DNA of 63,141 nt, filler included, from Folioceros fuciformis (lineage: Eukaryota), in NCBI GenBank assembly GCA_049999805.1. It is 5 parts of 5 records of this genome, joined end to end, with 100 filler letters (N's around TTAATTAATTAA, not from the genome) between each part and the next. Parts side by side here need not be neighbours in the genome. Positions count along the whole stretch, not along the records: positions 22,534 to 45,187 come from JBNGIO010005939.1; 4 more parts are not named here. The stretch is one strand, 5' to 3'. The notes under the pieces are model-generated. The model was not told the DNA's origin. It ran no database searches and was given only the letters and a program-made list of their open reading frames with translations. The translations under genes were made by a program, and so were the position numbers. Every line of letters begins with the position of its first letter. Position 1 is the stretch's first letter. This document shows, in pieces, positions 26,637 through 39,932 of this stretch.

Positions 26637-29600
26637 ATGCGGACGGTTTCAGCGGATTGTACGAGTTGCCGAGCATCGAATTTTTCAGGGGCACCTACCG
26701 CTAGTGTGGCATCAAGGAAGCAGGTGTTGGAAAACGATGAGGTTGGAATGTGCAGCAGCGTTGGAAGAAAGTCAGCCCATCCGACAGGATATGTGCAGAG
26801 TGGTCGGAAGGTTTACCGGGGTTTCTCAGGGAAGTGGGATAACAGTCAAGAAGAGGAGAGGCTCCGTTCTCCCGATTTGCATCACAGGCAGTCACAAGGG
26901 GTCCCCTGGCTGAACAACGTCTGCAAGCCAGCTGGGGTGGATTGGCAGCTGGATGCCCTGAATATGTGGCCTTATTCAGCCGCCGACTGGATTCCAGCGG
27001 ATGAAAATGACACTTGCAGATCTGTAGGTCACGACAGTGATGTAACGCCTGAAACGGTGAGCAGGTTATGTCAGGAGGGCCTTCTCCCCGAGGCCGTCGA
27101 GGCTTTGGGAGTTCTGGTGCGGGCAAATTGCTGGATTGCCAAATCTCTCCTGTCGAATGTTATGAAGATATGTATAGTGAACAAGGATCTCGTTCTGGGT
27201 CGGCGTGTCCATGCTCTCACGGTGAAGAAGGGGTACCAGTCAGATAAGTTCCTGGGCTTCCACATCCTGCGAATGTACGCTTCTCATGGCAAGTTGCGAG
27301 ACGCGATGGATGTGTTTGCACTGCTTGCCAAACCAGATGCCTTCACGTGGTCCACCATAATTTCTGCCCATGTTAAGCATGGGCAAGAAAAGAAGGCCGT
27401 GCAGTTGTATCAGGCGATGCGCAGGTCGAAGGTGAAGCCAGACGGACATGTGTTTGTGGCGGCCCTTCAGGCTTGTGCAAGGGCGTTGGACTTGAAGGCT
27501 GGGCAGCAGGTGCATGCTGACGTCTTTGCTGGGGGCGCTCAGGGAGATTTGTTTGTCTGCAATGGCTTGGTGAACATGTATGCAAAGTGTGGAAGCTTGG
27601 AAGATGCTCACTGTGTGTTTGACGGACTTGGTCAGAAAGATGTGGTGACATGGAATGGCCTGATTGCAGGCTATTCGCAAAAGGGCTTGGGTCAGGAAGC
27701 CCTTCGTCTCTACAGTGATATGCAAGAAGACGGTTCTGCACCCGATTCTGTGACTTTTTTGTGCCTCCTGCAGGCGTGTGCCAGTCTGGGCGCGTCAGCT
27801 TTGGGCAATGGGAAGCAGCTTCACCAGCAGATTAAAGATCGTGGATATCAGGCTGATGTGTTCATCGGCAGCAGTTTGGTAAACATGTACGCGAAGTGTG
27901 GCAGCTTGGAAGATGCCCAGAGAGTGTTTGATGGCCTTGCTCAAAAAGATGTGGTGACTTGGACTGCTATGATAGCAGGGTACTCCCAACAGGGAATGGG
28001 CCTGGAAGCCCTTCGCCTTTACGGTGCCATGCAAGAAGGAAGCGCAATGGTACTTGATTCTGTCACAATTCTATGCCTCCTGCAGGCTTGTGCTAGTGTG
28101 GGCACTCCAGCTCTGGAGAGAGGGAAGCAACTTCATGCACAGATCACAGAACAGAGACATCAACCTGATGTGTTTGTAGCCACTAGCTTGGTGAACATGT
28201 ATGTAAAGTGTGGCAGCTTGGAAGACGCCCAAAGAGTGTTTGACCGACTTGGCCAAAAAGGTGTTGTTACATGGAACGTCATGTTAGCAGGCTATTCACA
28301 GCAGGGCATGGGCAAGAAAGCTCTTTCTCTGTACAAAGCCATGCAAGAAGGAGGCTATGCTGTCCCTGATTCCGTGACTTTTGTGTGCCTTCTGCAGGCA
28401 TGTGCAAATCTGGGAACTCCAGCTTTGGAGAAGGGGAAGGAGCTTCATGCTCAAATCAGAGAACGAGGACATGATGCTGATGTCTTTGTAGCCAACAGCT
28501 TAGTAAACATGTATGCCAAGTGTGGCAGCTTGGAAGAGGCTCAAAAATTGTTTGACGGACTTCGTGAGAAAGATGTGGTGACGTGGAATGCCATGATAGC
28601 TGGGTATTCGCAGCAGGGTGTGGGGCAGGAAGCGCTTGTGTTGTACAGCAGTATGCTAGACGAAGGAATTACTCCCCCCAATTCTGTGACTTTCTCGTGT
28701 CTCCTGCAAGCATGTGCAAGTGTGGGCACTGCAGCCTTGGACATGGGGAAGAAGGCTCATGCACAAATCATGGAAGGAGGTCATCACAGTGATGGGTTTT
28801 TATCCAGCGGTTTGGTGAACATGTATGCCAAGTGTGGCAGCTTGGAAGATGCGCAGAGAGTGTTCGACGGGGTCGGTAAAAAGGAGGTGGTGACGTGGAC
28901 TGCTCTAATTTCAGGGTATTGTCAGCAGGGCATGGGCCAGGAAGCACTTCGTCTCTACGGTGCTATGATGGAAGAAGGCCTGGCTGTACCTGATCCGGTT
29001 ACTTTTGTTTGCCTCCTGCAAGCATGTGCAATTGTGGGCACACCAGCTTTGGAGAATGGCAAGCAGCTTCATTTGCAGATTAGGGAACGAGGACTTGGGG
29101 ATGATGTGTTTGTGGGCAGCAGTTTGGTGAACATGTATGCAAAGTGTGGCAGCTTGGAGGATGCTGAAATTGTGTTTGACGAACTTGGTCAAAAGGATCT
29201 GGTCACGTGGACTGCTCTAATCGCAGGGTATTCCCAGCGGGAAATGAGCCACGAAGCCCTTCGTCTGTACAGTGTAATGCAAGTGGAAGGCATCGCCGTC
29301 CCTAATGCCGTGACATTTGTGTGCCTCCTGCAGGCATGTGCAAATGTAGCAGCTTTGCATCTGGGAAGGCAGCTGCACATACAGATTCAAGAGCAAGGAC
29401 TTCAAGCTGATGTATTTGTAGCTGGCAGTTTGATAAACATGTATGGAAAGTCTGGGAGCATGGTCGATGCACAGGAGGTGTTTGATGCAATGGACGACAG
29501 AGACGTTGGTGCCTGGAATGCACTGATTGCAGGCTATACCTGTCAAGGAGATAGTGAAGCGGTCTTTGACCTTGTCCAGAGAATGAGGGAGGATGGCATA

Positions 29601-30086
29601 CAGCCAGTCGATATCACGTTCCTTAGTGTACTAACAGTGTGCAGTCACGCAGGTCTGGTGAACCAAGGATGGGAGTATTTTGAGGATATGACTGAAGACT
29701 TCGGCATAACTCCCACAGAAGACCATTACACATGCATGGTGGATCTCCTGAGTCGTGCAGGGCAGCTGGATGAAGCACTAGCTCTAGCACAAACCATGCC
29801 TGGACTACCTTGTGTTGCAGTGTGGCATACTCTGTTGGGTGCCTGTCGAAAATGGAGGAACGTAGAGGTGGGCCGCCATGCTTTCGGACAAGCAGTGAAG
29901 GCAGACGACAAAGATGCTGCAGCTTATGTCTTGATGTCGAACGTATACACCAGTGCTCAGATGTGGAAGGAGGCACAGAAGTTGCAGATGCGGAGAAAGA
30001 TAATCAGAGCATGGAAGCAGCCGGGTCAGAGTTTTTGGACAGACGAGGATGGACTGGTACATAGTTTCCTGGCTGGGGATGAGTAG
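26637..30086 (+). CDS. PLS-class pentatricopeptide repeat protein, E subgroup (organellar RNA-editing factor type), no DYW domain
   Basis: Intronless 1149-aa ORF; about 8 P-L-S triplets (LVNMYAKCGSLEDA..VFD..KDVVTW.A.IAGY..PDSVTF.CLLQACA); P2-L2-S2 (ITFLSVLTVCSHAG, HYTCMVDLLSRAG); E1/E2 (WHTLLGACR, AYVLMSNVY, KQPGQS). Stops at HSFLAGDE*. The exact start codon is uncertain. Confidence 0.95.
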   Translation: MRTVSADCTSCRASNFSGAPTASVASRKQVLENDEVGMCSSVGRKSAHPTGYVQSGRKVYRGFSGKWDNSQEEERLRSPDLHHRQSQGVPWLNNVCKPAGVDWQLDALNMWPYSAADWIPADENDTCRSVGHDSDVTPETVSRLCQEGLLPEAVEALGVLVRANCWIAKSLLSNVMKICIVNKDLVLGRRVHALTVKKGYQSDKFLGFHILRMYASHGKLRDAMDVFALLAKPDAFTWSTIISAHVKHGQEKKAVQLYQAMRRSKVKPDGHVFVAALQACARALDLKAGQQVHADVFAGGAQGDLFVCNGLVNMYAKCGSLEDAHCVFDGLGQKDVVTWNGLIAGYSQKGLGQEALRLYSDMQEDGSAPDSVTFLCLLQACASLGASALGNGKQLHQQIKDRGYQADVFIGSSLVNMYAKCGSLEDAQRVFDGLAQKDVVTWTAMIAGYSQQGMGLEALRLYGAMQEGSAMVLDSVTILCLLQACASVGTPALERGKQLHAQITEQRHQPDVFVATSLVNMYVKCGSLEDAQRVFDRLGQKGVVTWNVMLAGYSQQGMGKKALSLYKAMQEGGYAVPDSVTFVCLLQACANLGTPALEKGKELHAQIRERGHDADVFVANSLVNMYAKCGSLEEAQKLFDGLREKDVVTWNAMIAGYSQQGVGQEALVLYSSMLDEGITPPNSVTFSCLLQACASVGTAALDMGKKAHAQIMEGGHHSDGFLSSGLVNMYAKCGSLEDAQRVFDGVGKKEVVTWTALISGYCQQGMGQEALRLYGAMMEEGLAVPDPVTFVCLLQACAIVGTPALENGKQLHLQIRERGLGDDVFVGSSLVNMYAKCGSLEDAEIVFDELGQKDLVTWTALIAGYSQREMSHEALRLYSVMQVEGIAVPNAVTFVCLLQACANVAALHLGRQLHIQIQEQGLQADVFVAGSLINMYGKSGSMVDAQEVFDAMDDRDVGAWNALIAGYTCQGDSEAVFDLVQRMREDGIQPVDITFLSVLTVCSHAGLVNQGWEYFEDMTEDFGITPTEDHYTCMVDLLSRAGQLDEALALAQTMPGLPCVAVWHTLLGACRKWRNVEVGRHAFGQAVKADDKDAAAYVLMSNVYTSAQMWKEAQKLQMRRKIIRAWKQPGQSFWTDEDGLVHSFLAGDE

Positions 30087-30113
30087 CATAGTTTCCTGGC
30101 TGGGGATGAGTAG
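30060..30113 (+). repeat. Perfect 27-bp tandem duplication that includes the PPR stop codon
   Basis: catagtttcctggctggggatgagtag at 30060-30086 and again at 30087-30113. Confidence 0.95.
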
Positions 30114-31565
30114 CACTACCCATTTTTAGCTAGGAATGAGAAGCACTCCCATTGCTCTTGGTTGGCCATGGGTAGTGTTTCCCTAGTGTCAGGCGAGCTG
30201 AAGCGGGTATTGCAAAGTGAAATGCCTGGAAGGTGAGAAGCAGCTCCGATGAGCTGCGTTGAACCCTATCGGAACACAAAACTACGAGAAGGCTGCTCTG
30301 CAACAGTTGTGAAGAAAGTCCAGTTTTCTCCAGACAGGCTGCTGCACCCGATCCTCCTAGGTCCACCATACTTCCCACCTGCTAATGGAAGGCCCATTGC
30401 CCTCGCTGTCCCAAACCAGTTTAAACAGCTCTCGAGACTGGGTAGCACTGGCGACAGCGAAAGGGCCGTCTCCTAAGCTTTACAACGTTCAGGCCCCGGG
30501 GCAGAGCTAGTGGTTACTGAGGAACCAGCCACGAGGTGTGTACAACACGATTTTGTCGTAGCCTTCTCTCCACCCTTGGAGTGGCCGAGCGGCCGAGGAG
30601 AAGAAGGCGTTTAAGAATTGTGTTGACGTCCACTTAAGGACGGATTTCCGTCATGGGAGGGAGTGGACGATTGACCCAAAGTGTGCAAACAGGGCTACGT
30701 GTGGAGCCCGGCCACTTTGTGCAAGAGATGTTTGGGCTGGAAGACGAGCGAGATTCTTTCAGTTTTGTTCATGAAACCCTGTTAGCAGAAGCTGCTGCTG
30801 CTCCATGGCAAGAGCTGTGGAACATCCTAAGGTTTCCTCATAGCCATCTCACGGTAGCCATCTCACCGGAGGCAATCAAGCTTGAGCCCGCACATATGCT
30901 TGGACACGACGTAGACATGGGGCGTACATACATACATTCAACCTCTGCACGATGTCGCAAACAGCATACTGATCACTGGAAAAAACACCATTTTCGCAGG
31001 CATCCATAGCCAGTGACTGCAATCACCCTCTGTGGGCGTCACGAGGACACTCTTCCCAATTCTGTTACGAACCCAGTCGGGATGCCACATTTTTTGTGTT
31101 TTCGGCAAACCCAGAAAAGAAAAAAAAATCGAAAACTATTCATCGCAGGCGGGAGTGTCTCTTTCGAAGGCTGCGGCTACCAGCTGCAAGCAGCCAGACG
31201 TTGTAGAGGGCCGCCTTTGAATGCACGCGGACAGCCAGGAGAGGAGAAGAGTCACCTGCAAGCCTGCGCCCCTTCTTGCTTTCGTACTTATCTGCAATTC
31301 ACACAGGTTTGAATCGGGCCAGGGGGCGAGGGGGGGAGCAAGGGGGAAGGCAGGAAGCAAGTGGGAAAGGAAGGTCACCTGTGCCTGTGACAAGGAGGTG
31401 GTGTGAGAAGGCAGCAAGGTTGTGGCAGGAGCGGATTCGTTGCTGCTCCGAGCAGTGGAGCGGTCGCACCAGGAGCTGGGGACTCAGGGGTTTAGGGTCT
31501 TGTAGAGAAATGGAGGGGAATATCTTGCAGTTGCATTGAGCAGGTCCGTAGACAAGAGAGGTTTC

Positions 31566-34500
31566 ATGGAGGTTCCATTTGTGTACACCGACGCTGTGCA
31601 CTGGGCACAAGTTCGTGTGCCTTCCGATTACGATGCAGCTGGCGCCTTCTGCCCGCCCGCAGAAGATTGCGCTGGCGGCGTGGAGAGGACCTGCAGTGAG
31701 GCTGTGCCAGGGTTTTCTCACTCCAATGCCACCATCGTCTGGTAGGCATTATTCCTCGTCTCGTTGAGGTAACGATTCGAAGGTTGTGGGTTTGGTGTCA
31801 ATGGAGGTCGACTTGTGCTGTTGCAGGAGAATTCACAGGGCACGTCAGACGGAATTGGAGCTCTTGGGGCTGTCGGCCTCGGAAGACCTACACGAGCGGG
31901 GAATTCGTCTTGTGTTTGAGGATGCGTTATCCCCATTTGTGGTCGTCACTCCATGTCAGGTGCGTTAGCTGTTGCGGTTAGGCCTCTGCCTTGTGACACG
32001 GTACTCTGGACGGCTCATCACAGAATGTGGAGATTTGTCAGGTAGCGACGAGCCAGGGTGCAGTGTATCAGGTTCTTGCCTTGACTGTGTCAGGCATCTT
32101 GTACGTGCTGAAGTTGGGCATTTCTTCCGCCAAAGGACTGTACGTGCAAGAATCAGGCATAGTTGAGCATGATCTGTCGAATCATCTCATACGTCTTCAG
32201 CAAGTCACCTCCATAACGGCAGCTCCAGGTGTGCTCTGCATAGGCTGTCAAAATGGTTCAGTCCTGTGCGTTCCACTCAACAGCCAGCTGAAGGACGGGC
32301 AAGGTGAAATATTCTCTGCCTGCCTTTTTGGATTATTGGGGAGTCCATTTACTGTACTCTCATTAAGCTTGGCTTGATGCTTGAAATTCACCTCCTTTGT
32401 CTACTTGTCAGACAATGTCTATGAGTTACGAGATGGAGACGCAGGGCTGAGCCGCCTGTGGGGTCTTGTCACCAGGTGAGCAAGTAATGTGCTTGGGGAG
32501 TCGGTCTGCAAATTTGACCACATTTGAAATTCTTTCCTGCCTATCGGGCGAAAGCACCATGGTTTAGGGAGCACCGTATTGTGTTGGATGGCAATCGCAC
32601 CTCCCTACTTTGACTTTGTGTTTTGTTTGCGATTAGAGGGAAAACGGCTAGTCCTGTTACAGGTCTGGCAGCACGTCTGGTCAATGGAACACAAACTCTT
32701 TTTGCTCTCCATGAAGATGGAGTCTTGCGGACCTGGGATCTGTCGCACCGTACACGCCTCCTTCAGCATGCTATTTCTCCTTCCAATATCCCAGGTATGT
32801 TTCATGGCGTGTATGAGTCACATTTAACATTTTCCTCAGCTTGTATGCAGCCTGATTGTTGTCCATGATGTCTTTGGCTTGTAGGGTTTGTGGCGCAAAT
32901 GATGTGCTTTGAGGAACCTCCAAGCTCTACTGTCTCTTTGAAGTTTGCAGTTCTCTATAACTTGAAAGATGAGGTTAGGAAGTGCGTACTTTTTGCAGAG
33001 GTTTTCTTCTTGTTCTAGAGGTCTGAAACATAGTGAGATGACCAGTTGAATGTTGATTGTGCCACAGGAGCGTACGCATCAAACGATTGTTGTATGCAGT
33101 CTTAATCGTGCACAAGGGGATGTTGGGAACCGGCTTAGCAGCCTAATATCACAACACGCATTCCCTATTGATCAGGTAGGATCGTCCTTGTAAGATTCTC
33201 TTCTAAACTGGACTAGTGGTTTGACGTGAGAGCTCGCTGCTCAGGGAAAAGTCAGAGATATCAAAATAGTCAACAGCCGCCTATGGATTCTTCGCGCAGC
33301 AGAGAGTGGTGCCTCCAGAATCCCAAAAGTGTACTGCGCAAGTCTGAAAATGTACAACCTGAACCTACTCTTTGTCTGCTGCAAATGTCAAATGTGAGAT
33401 GAAGTAGTTGCTGACAGAGAAAGCTGCTGCAAAGCTGATAGTTAGATATAGTTTCTGGCTGGCTTGAAAGCACAATTTGTTGCACAGGGATGGCAAGGGT
33501 GTACAAACGTGTTTTCTTCAGGAGGCAGACATCAGAGACCATCTACTGCAGGGTCCAGGGCACACGTGGGATGACACCTCGTTTGCCACCCATCAGCTGA
33601 GAGCAGATGCACTGGTACGCTTTATGTCTAGATTTGGTTGTGGGTGGCGGTTGTGGGAGGGAGATGGGATGGAGGCAGCTAGGCCTTTTTTTTATTGTGG
33701 AGATTTGGTGGTCTCATATTTATAGTTTATTCTGCCGGTCTTGAGTGAAGTCGTCTAGATTCTCGTTCTAGGTTGAATCACAAAGTCCATATGTTGCTGG
33801 CCAGGGTCTTTCAGGGGTTACTGTTGCAGGTATCTTCCTTCAAAGACTTTTTCAGCCAGGAGTTCTCCAGTATTCCTCGCTTGAAGAAGCTATGAGGATG
33901 CGAGGGAGACAGATCGGTCATTTTGAATTGCAGTCCCTTTCACAGGAAAACTTGAAAAAGGAGATCGCAATTGCTGTGCAACCTGAGGTATCTGCCATGG
34001 ACTGTTGGATTATTTTCTTAGATTGGTTGGAACCAAGTCGCCTTTTTGAAATCATGTCATGGTTATCTTTCCCATGACCCAGGTGAGCGGAGAGAACTCT
34101 GCACGTGTCCTGCAAGAATGGATGCAGTTTGGCCAGGACTATTTCATGGTGTCATGTAACAATAGCTCACCATATGGACTTCTAAGTGATGCCGCTACTG
34201 GAGTAGTGGGCTTGATAAGGAGAAACTCTTTGTCATTTATGCGTTCTCTAACAGGGGTTGAGCAGCACATTCATGGTAATCCACTATAGCCCATCACTCA
34301 TCCTCACACCATTGTTCTCTGGGTCCTCATTTCAGATGTTGGATCTGCAGGTGGTCTAGTCGAGGTTGAAGGTGCTCCTCTGTCATCAGAGTGGGAGGAA
34401 GCACAAGACTCGGCCGTGTTGGCTGGTGTACTCAGATGCACAGAAACTATTAGTAGACACTTAGGAAAACTAGCTTTGGCTGCATTCCATGAAGCGCTGC

Positions 34501-37500
34501 TTCGACCTCTGGACAACTCCTTCCACTCTCTGGCAACAACGTATATTTCTATATTGGATGTTGGCTACTGTCCTAAGCTCCTCCGGAATGAGAATCCATA
34601 TGTGGGTTTGGATGAGGCTCGAGATAAAGAACGAGATCAGCACTTAAGGCATAGGAAGTTTTCCTTGAACATCTGCCAATCATTGCAGGCATTGCATGAA
34701 AAGGCAGGAAGCTGGGAGGATGTGATTGACATCATTGAGAAATATGCAGCATTTTTGATCACTGGTTTGAAGTCTCCAGTCCGAGGGAAAACTTGCCAAG
34801 CTTATGTTGGTGGGAGCTTCTATAAGAAATTGCTTGCCCAAATGGCTTGCCAAGTTGCACTGGTACATTTTGAGGCTGCGAGGAATCTTCTCCTGCTTCT
34901 TAGCTACATGGTTAAAGTCCGCTGGCAGGTATGGTAGTCATCAACGCTGGGACTGTAATTTATTCTTACTCAGAAAGGGTGAAAGCTTGGAGCTTATGAG
35001 TCATCTTGTGTAGAGCAGGTTGGGCTGACTCCAAGTGAAGTATCGAAGATACAGCTAGGAGTGATCCCACAAGTGCAGGAAGCTTTGACAGTTGGACTAC
35101 TAATCCATTGGCTAACCGTTACCTCCACTCAAGCTCCACCACCTGAAGATTTCAGCTCTCAGCTGTCTTCACTGCGAATAGGTATTTCATTCCGTTGAAA
35201 TTTGCCAGTAATGTCTGGTGAACTTGCTTTGGAAGCATCTTCGCAACACTTCTTTTGATGTTGATAGTGATGAAATGGAACAAGTTAAAGTATGTGTGAA
35301 ACCGTAGTTCCAACCCTGGTGTTTGTCCAACAACGGAGTATGTTAACAATTACATGTTATTGTACCTGTGCAGATGGTCCTCCCGGAAATGGTCCCCAGG
35401 TCGCAAGGAAAGCAGTCTGCGAGAGTATGCTAGCTGATATCCTTGCCTCAACCTACGTGGAGCACGTGGACCTTGAGCAGATAGCATCAGCCCAAGTCCT
35501 GCCACCCTCGGAAGTCTTTCTCTGCCATGCGATCCACTTCCTGAGCTGGCTATTGTGGGGCAACAGCAAAGACAGCCCAGCAACTTTCTCTGGACGAGCT
35601 ATAATGTTATCATGGATTCTGTTGCAGCATGGCCAGCATGCTGTGCTGGAGGTGAGAGTTGTAACTTTGGTATCACTTTCTGCATCATGCATGGTCCCAT
35701 TTTTGCACTAATGTTCATCTGTTCTGATCTGAATCTCTGGTTTGAACCTGCAGAACTTCATCATCTCTATTGAACAGTTTTCGTCACAACAAAAGCTTGC
35801 AGATAATATTGAAAGCATGGATGGTGAGTGGAGTGCAAGAGTTCATTTGCTTGGCGTTAGTCTCCTGTCACGGGCTTGTTCAGGATCCAAGGACACTGTG
35901 CAGAAGCAAATCGAAGAAGCTATTCGTTGCTTCTTCAGGTGTGTGCAATGTCTTGTGGCTGGATGAAGAGGGGTCAGGTTCTTTAAACAACGTGCTTCTT
36001 TCAATTAAGTGAAGAGTTGCAAATAAGAATTTTGTGTGTTCCATCACCAAGCAGAGCAGCTTCTGCTATTGGAGAAGCAAATAAGGTGCTGCCGGCGCTG
36101 CTAGTAGGTGCAGGTCAAGAACAAATTCTGCCTGGTAGGTGTTTAAATAGTTTCTTTTTTCTATTTTCACAGGTTTCTTGCCTTTGCCTCTTCTGATACA
36201 AGAACTTCATCTCTGTGGCAGTGCGTGACGGCTCTACTGCAGCATTGAAGCTGGACTACTTCGAAGGGGTAATGCAGATTTTTGAACGGTACAAGCTAAA
36301 TGAAGGGGCATGTAGATTTGCTCACGCAGCCCTGGAACAAGTGGATGCGGCTTTTGGAACTCCCAGTGACAGGGAAATGTTAGAAACTATCAAAGGTCGT
36401 CTATGGGCAAACGTCTTCAAGTTTTCATTGGACCTGGAATTGTACGAGGATGCTTATTGTGCAATTGTATCCAATCCCGATGGGGAGAGCAAGCAGACCT
36501 GTCTTCGGCGTTTTATAGTTGTCTTGTGTGAAAAGAAAGCTGTTGAGGTGCGGGTGGATTCTACACTTTTTTGTTCAATTCATGTGTTCAAGGAGTTCTT
36601 GTTACCTTGTCAAGACTTCAAGTGGCATCTCCTACTTGACCAGTACTTCCTTTTCGTTGAGAATCATATATTTCTTAACGCAGGTCATCTTGTGAACCCT
36701 TGCCAAGTCAGACAAACTGAAGTCATGGAATGTGCATACAGGTCCTGTGTGGTCAAGAGTTGCCATATGTTGGGCTTCTTGAGCAAGTTGAGCAAGAGCT
36801 TACTTGGAAGGTACATCAGAAATGACGTTGGTTACGTTGAGCGGAGATGGATCAAATGTAGCAGCTTACAAATCTGTATGGCTCGTCCTGCAGGCGGAGA
36901 ATTCTGGTATCTACTCCAGACCCAATCCTTACAAGCTTCTCTATGCATTCAATATGCATCGTCACAATTGGCGACGAGCAGCTGCACACATGTATCGTTA
37001 TGCTCTGCGGATTAGGAGTGAAGTAATGTCCAAGTCGAAAGCACAGGTTTCCTCTCTTCTGCAGGAACAGCTGAATGGGATAGCTGCAGCTATGAATGCC
37101 CTACAACTTGTGGGTGAGTCACACGCCTGGATAGAATGCTCTTCTTTTACCTCGACCTCTGTAGACTGGGCGTCTCCAACTAAAAGACCACGAATTACAT
37201 CTGGTATGGCAGAGTCACCCCTTCCGCATAGCTGTCACAATGTTTCAGTAGTTTGTACTGCGCTGGTAGGTGGACACCTGCGAATGACCTGTTCTTCCTG
37301 TTCATGTACGCTCACCAGGGAGCTCTCCAGATGTTGTGAAGTCAGCTCCTCCGCGGATTGTTGATTTAAAGCAATTAGAGAAAGAGTATGCTGTCACTTT
37401 TGCTAGAAAGCAACTTGTGGATGCTGACATCAGCATTCCAATACCAGGTGAGTTCTACCGACACAGGTCTGCGAATGCTCCTATTGTGTCCGTTCTGTTG

Positions 37501-38984
37501 TGCAGCCATCATCCACAATAGGGTTCAGGGAATTGAGGGTTGTAAAATGGCATCCCCGTCTTCCAGGAGAGAACGCTTCACCGGCAGAAATTGTGCACTT
37601 GCTAGTGGAGCTAGGGGTCTATGAAACTGTATTTTCGTTGCTTTTCCTTTTCTGGAAAGATTCATCTCTCAAAAGGTGTGAATCGTTGTCCTGGCTGCTG
37701 ACTATGAGAAAGTGCTCTTCGTTTGAGCCATTCTTGGCTTTAATGGTTGCTAGTTTGTGGGATGCAGAGAACTGGAGAGAGTCTTCCAAACAATGGCTAG
37801 GAAGTGTTGCTCTTTGCAGTTGCAGGAAGCTTCTCCTAATTCTACAAAGTGAGTCTCCATGGCATCGAGATTTTAAAACACCGGAGGCAGGTTGATACTT
37901 CCAGCACGTTAACGTGATTTGTTGGACGTGTATCTTTCAGGGCTCTTACTTACAAACCATCAAGGCTGTTACTCGCCAATGCCTCAAGCACTGACAATTC
38001 AGATATTGACGTGCTAATAACTAAACTCCCAGCTACATCAACTGCAAGGACAGCTTGGCAAGCCCTCCAGTCTTATCTGGTAACCACAAGACGAGTGTTG
38101 TTCTGCTGTAGTGCGGCTTCATTGGCTAATGCTTGACTGTCAAGTGGTTCCCTTCGCTGATTTTTGTTCCGGGATGGGAACAAGAATATCTTAGCTAATG
38201 CTTCCTCCTCGATGCTACAGACCCGGTATAACAAAGAATATCCGCATCTGGCCGTGGCTGTTGCGGAGACAATTTTGTCGTCTCACAATCACATGGAACT
38301 ACCTCTCTGGTTGGTGGACATTTTTAGGGTATGTAGAAGACCCCCTCATGCCATGGCCTGTGAAAAGTTGTCCTTGGCTTCGTGAAGATTAGATACTTGA
38401 GGAAGCAGTGACCTGGACGCTTGTTGTGTTCAGGGAGGACGGCATGCGAGTCCATACGGTATGGCAGGGCAGTCAGCAGATCCAGCTGCCCTGCTGAGGT
38501 TGTACTTAGAGTTCGACTGTATAGCAGAAGCAACGACGTTCCTCCTCGAGTCTCTTCAGGCGTGGGCAAACTTGGTAAGCTGAAGCGAAGTCAGTCAGGC
38601 CTTGACCGTCTTTACCTTGTATCTTTAACATTTAACTGAATCATCGTCTCTGTGCTGTAGAGGCCCTCAGATATCATGAGGCGGAAACGCACGTCTGCTG
38701 TATGGTTTCCGTATATGTTGATCGACCGACTACAATCTCGGCTCACCGAACTCGCCTCCAGCGATAGGCCAGACATGCAGAACCTCCAAGCCTCGTTGGA
38801 CGCCGTGTTGCAAAGGCATTTCGATCAAGTAAGTCGCTCGATGATTACCAGTTTCGTCTGCTATCGCGGAAACCGCGACCGCTATTCGCTGTAGCTTAGC
38901 CTAATCTCATCACCTGTACAGATCAAGGTGGATTCCGAAGACGTCCTTTCGCTGGCACAGTACAATGGGGTGTCTGCACGTTAG
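31566..38984 (+). CDS. NUP160: Nuclear pore complex protein NUP160 (about 25 or more short exons)
   Basis: MEVP start; LFALHEDGVLRTWDL; EEAIRCFFRAAS; GRLWANVFKFSLDL..YEDAYCAIVSNPDGESK..CLRRFIVVLCE; PNPYKLLYAF..RHNWRRAAAHMY; ELPLWLV; AVWFPY.LIDRL; IKVDSED. TAG at 38982-38984. Confidence 0.93.
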
Positions 38985-39932
38985 CCCTGCCCGCGGCAAG
39001 TGGCGGGAGTCTAGAGGAAGCTTCCTCTATTTGAGCGACACTCGTAGCCTTGGAAAATGATGTATACTATGTCCCAGGACTTATCCCTTAAATCATCCAC
39101 CAAAACTATTCGAGTCAGCGAGCCAATAAGGGGCCTGAGCGGTCAAGGGCCGCCCTCGTCACGGTGGTTATCCCTTCCCATCGTTCAGACAACACGTTTT
39201 GTTGACGGAATCTGTGGCCAACGGGACGGCACGGCAGAAGGCTGGGACACGAGAGAGGAGCGAGTGGAAGGGAACAAAACGGGAGTCTCCGGTTCCCGAT
39301 GCGGCTTCTTCCCGTGGCATGAAGGCTCGTATGCATGTATGTAGGTGCTGTGTTGCGCAGCACAAGCAGCGAATATGTTCATTTGGTCCGCAGGAATCTA
39401 GAAGTGATGCCCACGGGCTGTAGCGGTACCGGACACAATCCCCCGTTTTTGTGTTGCAGCGAGCAACTTGGAGCCCACCAGCAGTTTGGTCTCCGTCCGG
39501 CCTGGATTCCTGGAAATGGATTGTGCATGGCCAGTAGAAGCCCGTTACGCTTGAATTTCCCGCACGGTAGGGCTGGCTCGCCCAATTTCGGACCAGCCGG
39601 AGGCAATTGAAGCGATCCGCTCTTGGATTTGACGCTGGACTGCTCGCCTGCTGCAATTGGGGCCAGGGTTTGGAGGCAGGAGCTGGATGGAGGGCTGAGG
39701 TGCGGGCCCCGCGCAATGACGCTGCATGGAGAGTTTGGGTGATGTTTCTTGCTGCTGAAGGCTGCAGGCACATCTGGGTTGCCAATGCCTTCAATTCGGG
39801 AGGGGTGATTTAGTGATCTTGATGTTTCTGGTCTCGGTTGTTGTTGGGAAAGCAATCTCGCCATTCTGCAAGCGCAAGGGAATCACCTGGAGCTTCGTGC
39901 CACGCCATCCATGCAGTCGGTTGAGGTTCAAG

